A DNA stretch of 63,859 nucleotides, the filler included, from Basidiobolus ranarum (Eukaryota): NCBI GenBank assembly GCA_040143965.1. It is 7 parts of 7 records of this genome, joined end to end, with 100 filler letters (N's around TTAATTAATTAA, not from the genome) between each part and the next. Parts side by side here need not be neighbours in the genome. Positions count along the whole stretch, not along the records: positions 27,443 to 36,478 come from JASJQH010007756.1; positions 36,579 to 45,609 come from JASJQH010007757.1; 5 more parts are not named here. One strand, written 5' to 3'. Of the stretch, positions 28,353-40,201 are shown one piece after another; positions within the stretch are counted from its first letter, which is position 1; each line of letters begins with the position of its first letter. Under the pieces are notes generated by a model, which saw only the letters and a list, made by a program, of their open reading frames with translations, was not told the DNA's origin and made no database searches. A program made the position numbers and the translations under genes.

Positions 28353-30372
28353 TTGAATATCTTAATCAGCTGGTCTGTTTAGGTTCAAAAGTCACTTGTT
28401 AACATTGGATGTCACATAGTTTTCTCACTAGCTTCTGGTACATTTTTTACGATCGAACTACGCATTCATATGAAATGAATATTATATATGTTATTATCAA
28501 TAAAATTGGATTTAACCAATCTTTGGTTATTCAACTTAAGTTTCTAATCCAATATTTAACCGAGTAAATCAATGAATAGGGTGATGATATTCCTAGATCA
28601 GCGAGCAGAAAATTACTTAACATTTTATGTATGATATAAACTGTGCACTGTAACCGCAATTAGCCAATGTTAGGAATGGCAATGAGTAAGACTTCTCGGA
28701 CTACACTTCACCAAAATGGTGCCTGAAAACCCACGGATACTTTTTCATATGATTGTAATACTAATCTAGGCTCACTTTGCAAATTTCCCCAAAGATAAAT
28801 GGATTTTGGAGATTTAATCATGATGGCATTTTCAATCAATAAGCAAGTTACAGAGTTCACTTGATTCCCATAGCTCTACGTACTATTCGGGAATCTTATA
28901 CTAGTATCGAGGAGTATGGCTCCTCCCCTTTAGGCAGTGATCGATTGAAGTTTCAGGATGATCTGCACAGGAACAGAGGTTTTCATAGCATTTAGATTAG
29001 GTAGAATCAACATATCCTACAAGCGACATGGTGGTTGAACGAGGTCTCAAATCGCAGTAACAATTTCGTTGGCTAGGAATCGGTTCAACATCCGAGGTGA
29101 GTGCTACGTTGGAGTAATCATCGAAGGATATCATGGCATAATTCCCATTCATCGATATTTCTCATAATGCACTCTGGTTTCGACATGGGTTCCGATGCAA
29201 ATGATAACCGACACGAAAATGTAGCTGCGAACTCGAGGCCTGGCAACTGAGGCGATCTTTCCAACTGTTGACAACCGACCCAGTCATTGGATAGGTTTGT
29301 GTGGTACATAGCCAGCTCTAAAACTCCGTTGCAGTAATCAAGTGAATTCGGAATAGCCTATGGTATTTTGGTTTGGTATCGGCATCCCCGGTGACTCACA
29401 TGATTACAAGAATATCTAACCTCGGCGGTAATGATTGGCCGAGAGTTTCCAAGTCCAGGGGCTTGATCTCATTCGCCTTAGATCCCAAAGAAGTGTTTCA
29501 CGCTACCATTACAAACAAGAAGGTCAATCGTGGCTTAAAATTCGTCGAGCCAATCAATGGGATGGATCTGGATGCTGTGATCGCCGCTACTCCTTCCAAT
29601 AGTAATTGACCACCACTCGTACCAAAATAATGCCTATTTTAGCGTGGAATGGGCCAAATCACAGGAGTTATCATCCAGATCTTGAATAAAGTTTAAGGGA
29701 ATGGGTTTCATTATTTTCTACTTGATTCCCATATCGGATCATCGGAGCACTAGCATGGATATAACTAAGAATCATTATTAGGCTAAATCATCTTTGAGTT
29801 TCCAATGTATTCCACCACAATGAAGCCCGCAAGCAAAACATTCAGCCAACACTAAGAATCAGGGTGGTGGCTAAACGAGATGGGTGTGAGCGAGGTGAAG
29901 TGAATAAGATTTAGAACAATAGTTGGTGTGATAGTTATCATACTACAATGTAGGTTACTTGATACTAGGCGATTCACTCAAATGGTAATCTAACGCCTTG
30001 AATTGCTGTGGTTAATAAACCGGAAATCATGATTTTGACCCAATATCTTCGCCTGGTCCAACATCGATTAGGCGCCTTAAAATGTCAATGAATATATGAG
30101 AATGGCTTAGTTCCTTGTATTCCCAACATATGTAGGTTGTGTGAATGTAACCAGGGATTAAGCTTGCTTTCTAGGGTAACTAGCCGGGAACTTCTATATT
30201 CAACGAGGACAGCAGTCCATGGCATGTTACATTCAACCAATATAAAAGGTCTGGTCAAGGACATCTTATAGTCATCAACTCATTATCTGTTTCAAGAGTA
30301 CTGGTTACTTCCACTGAAAAAAAATACATTTGACAAACCAAGTTTCCATTCAAGAAATTCTCTACAAGAACA

Positions 30373-31173
30373 ATGCTCAACTCAATCACTTTTTCCGCGC
30401 TAGTCGCACTCTCTCTTTCTCCAATGATCCAAGCTGCTCCAGTTAGTGTGGGGTCTGGCATCTCATTCAATAAGCGTGACGGTTTCAGTGGTGAAGGTAC
30501 TTATTATGATCCTGGACTTGGTTCTTGTGAAGTGACCTCCGGTCCAAATGAGCTTATCGCTGCCTTGAACATCGTTCAATTTGGTTCTTATCCTCGTCCC
30601 AGCAACAGCCCTGCTTGCTTTAGCTGTGCCATGGTACATGGTCCCTTGGGCAGTGTTAAGGTTAAGATCGTCGATATGTGCCCAGGATGTAAGAGTGGTG
30701 ACTTAGACCTCAGTCCAGCTGCCTTTGATCAGGTTGCGAAGAAGGAGCAAGGTCGCATTCCAATTACTTGGGAGTATGTAAGTTGTAATGGTGGTGATCC
30801 TCAGCCACCCAAGCCTGAGAAACCTACCAAAACTACTGCTTTACCAGAAACAACCGAGACAGAAAAGCCCACATCCACCATTAAGCCTAAGCCTACTCCA
30901 ACTGAAAGTGTTACTCCTACAGCTACTAGTAAGCCTAAGCCTACTCAAACCAAAGTATCTAAGCGTATTTCTTCTACTGTGTACAAAAAGCCCATTCCAA
31001 CTGATGAACCCAAGCCAAGTGGAGTCTGTGACTTCTCTGGTAGAAGGTGCGTCAGCAGTGAAGAATCTTCTGGATTTGAATCCTGTGTACACGGTAAATT
31101 ATTTAAGCAAAGATGTGCCCATGGAACAGTTTGTAAAACTGAATACGGGGATATTAGTTGTACATGGGCTTAA
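30373..31173 (+). CDS. Secreted RlpA/DPBB expansin-like protein with P/T/K linker and CBM19-like module (paralog)
   Basis: GEGTYYDPGLGSC, VDMCPGC..DLDLSPAAF and CVHG..CAHGTVC..CTWA. TATA-like TATAAAA at 30241. Confidence 0.9.
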   Translation: MLNSITFSALVALSLSPMIQAAPVSVGSGISFNKRDGFSGEGTYYDPGLGSCEVTSGPNELIAALNIVQFGSYPRPSNSPACFSCAMVHGPLGSVKVKIVDMCPGCKSGDLDLSPAAFDQVAKKEQGRIPITWEYVSCNGGDPQPPKPEKPTKTTALPETTETEKPTSTIKPKPTPTESVTPTATSKPKPTQTKVSKRISSTVYKKPIPTDEPKPSGVCDFSGRRCVSSEESSGFESCVHGKLFKQRCAHGTVCKTEYGDISCTWA

Positions 31174-31489
31174 AGCTTATGGACAACATCAACCTTTGAA
31201 AGAAAAATTTCAAGGTTGAACGTTGATATTCCAAAATGCAATGGATGGAATTATTCCATATATATATCCCCTTGATTCCATTTCACCTCCATCCATCATT
31301 GAGTATACAGTAAATAAACAGACTGTACATAGGTTAAATAAAATTCAAATTATCCAACAATAATGAATTTTAGTGAGATCAGAGGTTTTATTTAGCAAGA
31401 TATTGGGTTGGAAATTCCGAGTTAGATGTTGATATAGAAAGCGGGTAAACTTTGAAATAAATGAAGGTGTATGAAGAGGAATATGTATA

Positions 31490-31971
31490 TTAAATATGAG
31501 CAGTTGGGGTAAGTGTTAAATTGGTTACAGCTAGAGTAAGATTAGCTTCACGCATTATGAAGCTACGACCTCTACCGTTGAAATAGGATGCATTCGAGTA
31601 GGCATTCAATGTGTAATTTCCTTCAGCAAGGTCGTAGCGTACTGGCCAGGTGAAGCTTTCTCTCCACTCACCCTGCACATCAACTTGTGGATAATTGATC
31701 ATCCAAAGGATGTCTTCCTTGTCAGTTAATAATCGGACATTTAAACTCTGGATTGCGGCAAGGTCTGCACGTTTTACTGCCAAGTTAATGGTAAGCTGTT
31801 GACCTGGACTAATAGTGGCGTTGGCGGTAGGAGAGGTGATAATTATGTAATCTTTGAAATGTTAGACAGAGGCCAAGGTGACAGACATATATCAAATCAA
31901 TAGTTACCAGCGTTAATGATTGTGCTGAGCACAAGAGCCAACATAGATTGGAAGAAGTGGTGTATCATCAT
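31490..31971 (-). CDS. Small secreted protein, Kre9/Knh1-N-terminal-like Ig fold. Exons 31971-31908 and 31851-31490
   Basis: Signal peptide MMIHHFFQSMLALVLSTIINA, an in-frame GT-AG intron, then ITSPTANATISPGQQLTI...FTWPV..L.EGNYTL. Confidence 0.7.
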
Positions 31972-34418
31972 TTTGGGATCTGTACTGAAGCGTGTATCAA
32001 AATTGAATTACTCCAGTGGGTTGTGGAGACGTATTTATCATCCAAGGGGGTTTCTCGGAAACATCGTTCATTTGTCACTTTACAGATCTTAGTGGCTATT
32101 TTTTGGTTATTAGCATGATACAGTGAATGACTTGTCCCAGCCAAGACACTTCCCAAACGTTTATTTTACTTCTTCAGTATCTCAAGAGACTAGAGTGTCT
32201 ATCTTTACAAACAGCATATCATCGAGGGTTAGGGAGATGTACCGTACAAATCACCATAGCTAGTTGGATTCCGGACCTCTTGCGGTGAATCAGGCCCAAT
32301 GATCCCCAAGCAGCTCTCATCATGAGTCTATTTTAGTATACTAACAACAATCAAAGCTATTTTCATTGTTAGTTGGAGTTTGGCATTCCCCGTAATCAGG
32401 ACGGTGATTTGATAGATATTCAAGATCTGAGATACTCAGCTCTTGCCAAAAGCCACGCGTGTAATATGGTATAAGGGGCAAGGAACAATTTTCCATTGGC
32501 AATCAAATAAATAATTGGTCCTTAGAATGATTCACGGGCACTTCAGCCGATGATTCGATGTAAATATGGTCACTAAATCCCATTCCAGGTTTCTGCATCA
32601 GGAGCAGAGTTCGAAATGCGTTTATGCAGATGCATATAGAGTTGCGTTGTTCCATAGTTTTGTGTGGAATTCTAAGAGTAGCTTGGTCTCAACAATCGAC
32701 TAATCAGGCATTCACATCTGAATCAAGCATATAGGGTAGAAATACAATAGAAGCTCAATACCAATATGATAGCGGTCATATCCCGCCATACACAATGCCA
32801 AAAGGGTTGGGAATAAGACAAGGAATGGGGTTTGGGATCTGTTTGCTTCCAGGATGCAGTAAGACCTGGTTTGGATTGATAGTCGAAACAACAAGAGCAC
32901 AATGGCCATTGGGGAGAGTGGCTTATGTTCAGTGGTGATGGTGAGAACCATGAAATCCTTGCCCACCATTCGTCTTCAACATTGGTTCACATTACAAGGG
33001 AACTGATCGTTATGATGGCGCAGAAAGATTATGGAATCGGTTGACCTGCAAAAGTAGTAGGTTACATAGAACAACTAGAAATTCCACCAAAACTTCCATT
33101 CGCTCTCATCCTACTCTAGCCCTAACCCTAGTCCATCCAAGTCGAATCATTTCCCTTTTCACATGTCCACCAATTGCCCACTACAGTTACATAATACTTG
33201 ATCACGATATTAATTGCTCGATATTTATCGGCCTTCATTGATAGGCATTGGGTATCATGACAAATCATCCGTAGACTTAGGTCAGCAAGACACAGATGAT
33301 GCAGATGAGTAATGCCTCATAACAGTGCCGGAGCAGAAGGCACAATTAAATAATGATGTACCATCTGAGTACTGTAATAACATTCCAGGAAGTGGTTTAC
33401 CAAATGCCAGAGTTCCATAGGAAATCAAGAACGTATCGCAAGATCATATTAGACAGGTTGGTACCATAATATTAGCAACGTATTTGCATTGAAGATATTC
33501 AAAAGACATCCGGTTCCTTGCACGGTGAAAATGCTCTGCCGATACAGACCAGGAGTAAAGTATATGGATTAATGAATCGAAGCTGATGTGGCCTTCCTAA
33601 AAGTCTTAAGATTTTATCGTGATGATGTACAAAGTTGCCCTAAATTCAAGTCCGGTTTTGTATTTCTCTAATGTTGAAAAACCCCGATGCTCCCGAAACA
33701 TTTACCCCACATTCCTATATCTTTGGAATCCTTTCACTGTCCTTATCTCGCTTTCATATAAGCCATGCAACTAGGGTGAACCTGTACTTCATCTGATGAT
33801 GTATTTGCTGAAATCACTTCCAATATCGTCGCATTATCTCAAGTACATGCTGAATCAGACCCGCTTTTGAGATTGCATGCGGTGTTCCTCTCCAAACCCT
33901 GACTTCGGATTATTTCATAGGATCCTATTAACTGGAAACGAGTAAAACTTATAACGGTAACCTCCCGGGAACGGTTATACAGACCAGTCAATGGTTAGCA
34001 AAGGTTTGTTATATTCCGATAGGACAGGAATATTTACTTGAATTCAGTAAACTTACAAGATATAGCACTTTGTTAAACTATTGACCAAAGATTAAGCATA
34101 TTTTTGCCCGGTGCAGGTTTTTCGTGGTGCTTATTGTTACTGAGGTATTGTAGTTCCGAAATATTCCTACATCTTGTTCAACATATTTAATACTATTAAA
34201 AATTTTCAAGAATCATAATTAGCACATTCCATATAGATAGGTCTCAGAAACCTTGAGAGGACTCATTTCCCTCAACTTCCTTAGCACCTCAGTTTCGATA
34301 TTCTGCTATTATTATTTCCAGTATCGATATATATACTAATTTGCAATAAAATATAGTAAAAGGAGTATATTGATGATTTCTGCTAACAATCCTGGGTAGA
34401 TCCGATCCAGTTAGTTGG

Positions 34419-35470
34419 TGTTGAAATTCGCATTGCCTAAACACCTATATAGTCATATATAGCTTAGTGTTTGGTTATCATATATTGAACTAAGATATTA
34501 CCCATTATTCGATATCGGAATTTACTTGGAATATTGACACCAACTTAGAAGTTCTCAGATATATACAACTTGATAACTTGTGCTAGAAGCCCCAAACTTT
34601 GCACACCTATTCCTGGGATCTTCATTATCACATCTTACATATAGCTTGTTTACATCTTGACAAAACTATATATGTCAACTTTCAACTCAATAGATCAATA
34701 AGTGAAAAGCACCAATTTCTCTAATTCTCCAAACCACTTCCAACAGGCTCCCAAATACTTTTAACAGGTTATGAGGCCCAAGCTTGCACTCTCTGTAATA
34801 TCTACTTCTCAAATTTCTGGAACCTTTGCCTCTTCTGAACAATTGGATGGAACCAATTATCAAGTTTGAAAAGTTAAAATGAAAATGCTGCTTTAAGAAA
34901 AAGAGCTTTGTGACACTATTGTGGAAGAAAAGAATAATGTAAATGTTGGAGGATCTTGTAATAATGGGGATAGACTTTGTATATCAGAGGTAACTTATGA
35001 TAGTGTGTTTTAGTTACTTTATTCTTAAGATAATATGGTGACTTAAATAATAGAGAAGTAAATCAATTGTTTGAGATATTTAGGAGTTTGTGTAATAAGA
35101 TATAATAGATAAGTGGGGGTAATAAGACATACTTGTTGGATAGATATAGAGATGTTCCTATTTAGGATGTAGGGGCCATTGATACATTGGTTTCTGTTTC
35201 TGATATATGCATCATAATTAAAGTTAACCAAGATGTTGAAGAAAGATTAATCATCCAATAGTAAAGTTATCTGAAACCAAAGTTTCACTTCAGGTTGAAC
35301 AAGAATAAGGTGCCTTTAATACAGTTTGTCATAATGTTAAAGACAAACCCCTAATTCATTGGTCAAGAGCCAAAACTGCCAAGAAGGTATGGAGAGCTTT
35401 GGAACACACCTTCAAACATGTTCTGCTCCCAATAAGATGTCTCTAGGAAGATAGTTAACTTAAAGATGAA
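34419..35470 (+). mobile_element. Copia 5' LTR (family A, 34419-34766), PBS (34767-34779) and decayed gag start with an internal insertion
   Basis: TGTTGAAA...TTTAACA, then GGTTATGAGGCCC, then EQLDGTNYQV.KVKMKMLL and AKTAKKVWRALE. Confidence 0.85.
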
Positions 35471-35472
35471 GT

Positions 35473-36024
35473 TGTTGAAATTAGCAATGCTTAAACACCT
35501 TTATAGTCATATGTAGCTTTGTACTTACTTATCTTATAGTTCATCAAGATATTATCAATTATTCTCAATTGGAATTTACTTGGAATATGTTAAAGTCTTT
35601 GGGAGCCTGTTGGAAGTGGTTGGGAGAATTAGAGGAATTAGTGGCTTTCACTTTTTGATTCATTGTGTAGAAAGTTGACATTTATAGTTTTGTCAAGATG
35701 TAAGCAAACTAGCATGTAGAATGTGTTAAGAAAGGTCCCAGGAGCATATGTGCAAAGTTTGGGGCTTCTAGCACAAGTTTGAAAAATCTATATATCTGAG
35801 AACTTCTTAGTTGGTAAAAATATTCCATGAATATTCCAATTGAGAATAATGGATAATATCTTAGTGAAATATAAGATAAGTAAGTACTGAGCTATATATG
35901 ACTATATAGGTGTATAGGCAATGCTAACTTCAACACTCTCCCTCAACTAAATAGTCATATAAACTAATCCTAATAAAGGTCAAAATTTCTCAAATTTCTG
36001 CCTACCTAATGGTTTTGTTAATAT
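35473..36024 (-). mobile_element. Partial + strand family-A LTR (35473-35587) interrupted by a complete inverted family-A LTR (35588-35935), PPT and RNase H tail
   Basis: Direct comparison with 34419-34766 and 4837-5304. PPT at 35936-35946. Confidence 0.85.
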
Positions 36025-36478
36025 TGTTGAAGTTTATTGTCTTTATCATATTTGTTATCTCTATCGTTATACACCTAACTATTTCATATATCACATATAA
36101 GTTATTTAACACTACTTAGTCAAATATCACTTAGCTGAAAATCAGAACATATGTTATATATATATGTGAATAATGTGAGAATTAGAAATTCCATATTGGA
36201 AGTTGCAAACTTGTCAAATTGCCCCAACAATAGCTCATTTTACTCCCACAGAAGTTCTGAACACAACCCCAGTGTTAGTTTTCTGTATTTCCACCAAAAA
36301 GTATAAATGCTATATTTCTGGACAATCAACAACTATCTCACAAAGCTATTCACAACCCAACTTTTCTAAAGTTCCTCCAAACAGCCCATATTTTCCCAAT
36401 AGATTATGAGCCCCATGTTCTAACCTTTACAGCATGACAGAAACCACTACTACCACTTTTATTAACTCAAGTGTTGAA
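36025..36478 (+). mobile_element. Third copia LTR family (C, 36025-36401) with PBS and gag start
   Basis: Starts TGTTGAAG, ends CCAATA, is followed by GATTATGAGCCCC and an ATG at ~36434. Confidence 0.7.
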
Positions 36479-36578
36479 NNNNNNNNNNNNNNNNNNNNNN
36501 NNNNNNNNNNNNNNNNNNNNNNTTAATTAATTAANNNNNNNNNNNNNNNNNNNNNNNNNNNNNNNNNNNNNNNNNNNN
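36479..36578. other. Artificial scaffold linker
   Basis: N44-TTAATTAATTAA-N44. Confidence 0.98.
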
Positions 36579-36904
36579 CGAATTCAACCAAAAACCAAGT
36601 CACCTTATTTGACCGGAGCTTAAAAATGGACCTCGAGCATCGCGAAGGAGGAGCCGGAGCAGAGGGCAGATTTTGGGGTTGGGAACATCATGGATGCACT
36701 CCTTCAGAGCCCATCTTCATACCTAGGCCCAACCCTACCAGTGAGGATGATGGAATCCTCTTAAGTGTCATCTTGGATGGCAACAATGGAACCAGCTTTT
36801 TACTAGTTTTGGACGCAAAGGAATTAACAGAAATAGCCAGAGCAAGCTTTTCTCAGAAACATGTAGTGCCTATAGGATTTCATGGGCGGTATATGAATAT
36901 CTAA
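36579..36904 (+). CDS. Carotenoid cleavage oxygenase (RPE65/CCD family), C-terminal part
   Basis: PSEPIFIPRP..EDDGILLSVILD..SFLLVLDA..EIARA..PIGFHG, including the fourth Fe-binding His. Confidence 0.92.
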
Positions 36905-38004
36905 AACTTGGATCCATACACAAACAATATATTGCACCTGTTTTGCTGTAGCTATTTACTTGATTTTCAATCAACTGTACACTCTTCCTAAGCGTAATAA
37001 ATATAGTGTCACTATCTAACAATAGTTGAAATGTAATCCATATGTAGCTTGAATATCAGGGTGGATTCCCCATCCCCTATTTTGAGATTTATGAGCAACA
37101 TACATCTTTCAGTTTAGGAAACAAATGACTTTTCATTTTTTCAATTACACTAGTTCATCACCCAAGATCAACCAAGAACTATAATGCTGACTTTCGCTTT
37201 GGTAAACTCATTAACTCTATTTCTTGCAAACACATCTTCATTGGATCATAACCAGCCCAAGAATCCGTTTCAATTTGCCTAAAATTACCAGTTTAATTTG
37301 AAAAACAGAACCACCGAATATTATTCAAAGTCTGATCAATCGAGAAGGGAACTACTAACTCCACTTGCCATAATTAACCAATATGTCGTAGATTGTCGTG
37401 AGTGTTTTGAAAGTAACGTTGATAAGATATCTTGGTATAAAGTGTTTGACGATAGGAGTATGTTATGACACCGAGAGAAAAGCTGTCCAGACATCCACAA
37501 ACAGATCACCACTTACCAAGTATTTGTATGAGTTGTTTTTTGAAAATTCAGATGTTGAGTGAGTTTTTGGAAGAGGAAAGGATGATGGTGTGGAGTTTTT
37601 ATTTTGCACTATTATACATCTGGGTATGTGTAGTTAGGGTTCATTAACTATGGCATTATTTTTCAAGGGCTATATCGCAATATCTATTTCAGCTGGTAGA
37701 CTTTGTCTGACATGCCTTAGTTTACAATCTTCTCTTTGCCAACGCTATTTAATCTTTTTCCAAGTTGTGTATGATGCACAAACGTGCGAGTACAAGGATT
37801 ATCAATCGAAAACTACTAAAAAGAGTTCAACAAACGGCCGATTTCTATATCAATACAAAGGGCCAGGAACATAAAAAGTCACTTCTAATGCATGATACAT
37901 ACAAAAAGTATATATTCTATACCAATGATATTACAGATTAAGCTGATTCTGTAGAGTTGATTTTCACCCTTTCTATACAAATTAGTCTATAGGAATTTAA
38001 AGGG

Positions 38005-38860
38005 CTATGGTATGCCTAAACCAAAAACTATCAAAATAATCCAAAACCCTAAAGACACGAGTACTGGAATACAAAAATTATCGTCAATACCTCGAACATT
38101 CACTAACTCTGCTAAACTACCCAAGGTGCCACCGGTTATACTAAGAGCCCATAGAGGAATTTTAGCATTCTCTTGCCACGAAAAATCTTCATTTTGATGA
38201 ATACAATAGCCCCAGAAATAATAGGTAATTAAAGTGCCAATAAGCCAAGACCCAAAACATCCTGCTATGGATTTACCATTCGAAAACCGATAAGTATACT
38301 TTCCCCACAGTCTACCAAATATTGAAGCAGCTGGGTCGCACCACGAAAGAATGATGATTGAGAGCAAAGCGATATCTCTTGGAAAGAAATATAGTGCTAT
38401 AATACCGCCAAGTAAGAAGTATACCACTCCGTTCACTTGGGTCTCTTCATTTTTACGCATTAGAAAGCCCACCACTTTGATGTAGAATCTATTGAATGAA
38501 GGATTGAGGAAACGAATTACGTCGGCACCAAAAGCTACGCAAAGATAAAGAATCAGACCGTGAATGACCGTAGGTACAGGCACACGTTTCTCGTAAAGAT
38601 AGAAGCATATCAGACCTAGAAAAATAAAGATTGGAATGGTGTTGAGATTAGTATGTTTGGAGACTGAATAAACTACAAAGTAGAATTATTATCATTAGTT
38701 TTGTTTTACCATTGGAGGTATGCAATAGCTTTCTAGGGAATTCCCAGCTTCGGTTCTCTAGTTTCTTAGCAAGTTTCTTTTCAATCGCAGAGTGCTTATG
38801 TCGCATTTTTTTACGGATAGTTTTCTTTCTTCTTGGTTCTTGAGAAGTCCAAGTTGCCAT
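38005..38860 (-). CDS. DGK1: CTP-dependent diacylglycerol kinase. Exons 38860-38710 and 38615-38005
   Basis: WEFPRKLLHTS, GFLMRKNE..VNGVVYFLLG, LSWCDPAASIFGR, GKSIAG and DDNF.IPV. The intron keeps the frame. Confidence 0.92.
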
Positions 38861-40201
38861 GGTTAGGATTCTTTGTAGGAACCGACAGTAAGTCAAGGGA
38901 TGAGTAGTCTTAAAAAAAGCAGTCAAGTACACGCTTTTGAAATTAAGTAGCCTATCATTTCCAAATCACTAGATTGATCCAATTGAGGTAATGTCATTAC
39001 AGGGTTAAATCGCTATGCTAATACCCGAAAGCCAGGTATTAGTATGTAACCCCGGTCCACTTCCATAGAATGTGCAGTAAAAGTGGGGGTAATGAAATCC
39101 CCCTCAATCTGACTTCAACCATTTCGGAACATCGAAATTTCCTATCTGGATTGTTCAATATGGGCCATAGATCCTCACTCCTATACTTTAAAGTACTACT
39201 TCTGCACAGTAGATCATTCGATTCCTTTATAGATTAAAATGTGTTAGGGGGATGAGGATAATGAATCAACTCCATTGACCTACAATTAGTATTCAATTTC
39301 GGTCGAACTGTTGCAGTTAACCAATTAAGCTAGAATGGTACTTCATTGCTCCATTATGCTTGAAGAGTGGTGGTTCACATTAAAACGACAGCGTAGGGAA
39401 GTTCGTCAAAGCGAGATCAAAAAATATCCTTGATTATTGATAATTAACAGAGCACCAAATGTATAAAACCTGATACACTAACATATAAGGGAATGAATAG
39501 ACAATGGGTTTAACCAAGTAAATGATAAATTTGATCCTGTTAAATGGTTCCCACACTTCGAATCTGAGAGTTTCTACTGCTATTGCACATCGAGTCACAT
39601 TGTCCAATTGCTGGTGTATGAGAGTCGGGCACGTCGTATCCTAGGTTCCAGATATATGAAGGGTAACACTGAAAACAGGTATCTTGGTGACATTTGCAAG
39701 CAAAATAATAGAGCTAATATTTAGAAGTGCATGCCCTTCAACACCATCAAGTGGCCGTCTATAGGGACACAAATAATGAAGTGCTCCATAACACGGGAAA
39801 TTTTCATGACATGAGAAAACCGAGACACTGTCTTCCGATTTCAAAAAGAGGTTAATATGTAGCCTTATTTAATTAGATGTATGAGTGGCTAGGGAAGGTT
39901 ATAGTATTGGCGGCTATAATACAATATTAATGAATAAATGGTAAAGAACAAGATTCGGAACAGAATCAACTGAAAAAAGCTTGTTGATAACTTCATGTTA
40001 TAATGGAATATGATAGAATATAGTTGAGAATATACAGCATTTTCAGGAAATTCAAATCTCTTGAAAAACTGGCTCAGATTTTGAACTTGACGGAATATTC
40101 AAATCCAGACTTCATCATATTCCCCAGTAACTTTTGTATCACCTTGAAGATTGCCTTCTCCAAAAGGAACCGCCCTGTTGATTCTGGATGATTTCCTAGC
40201 T

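Noticed and set aside
29000-29640. CpG-rich stretch with short ORFs between the DPBB paralogs as a viral or mobile relic
   Set aside because: No recognisable motif in the frames I translated, so I cannot support a call.
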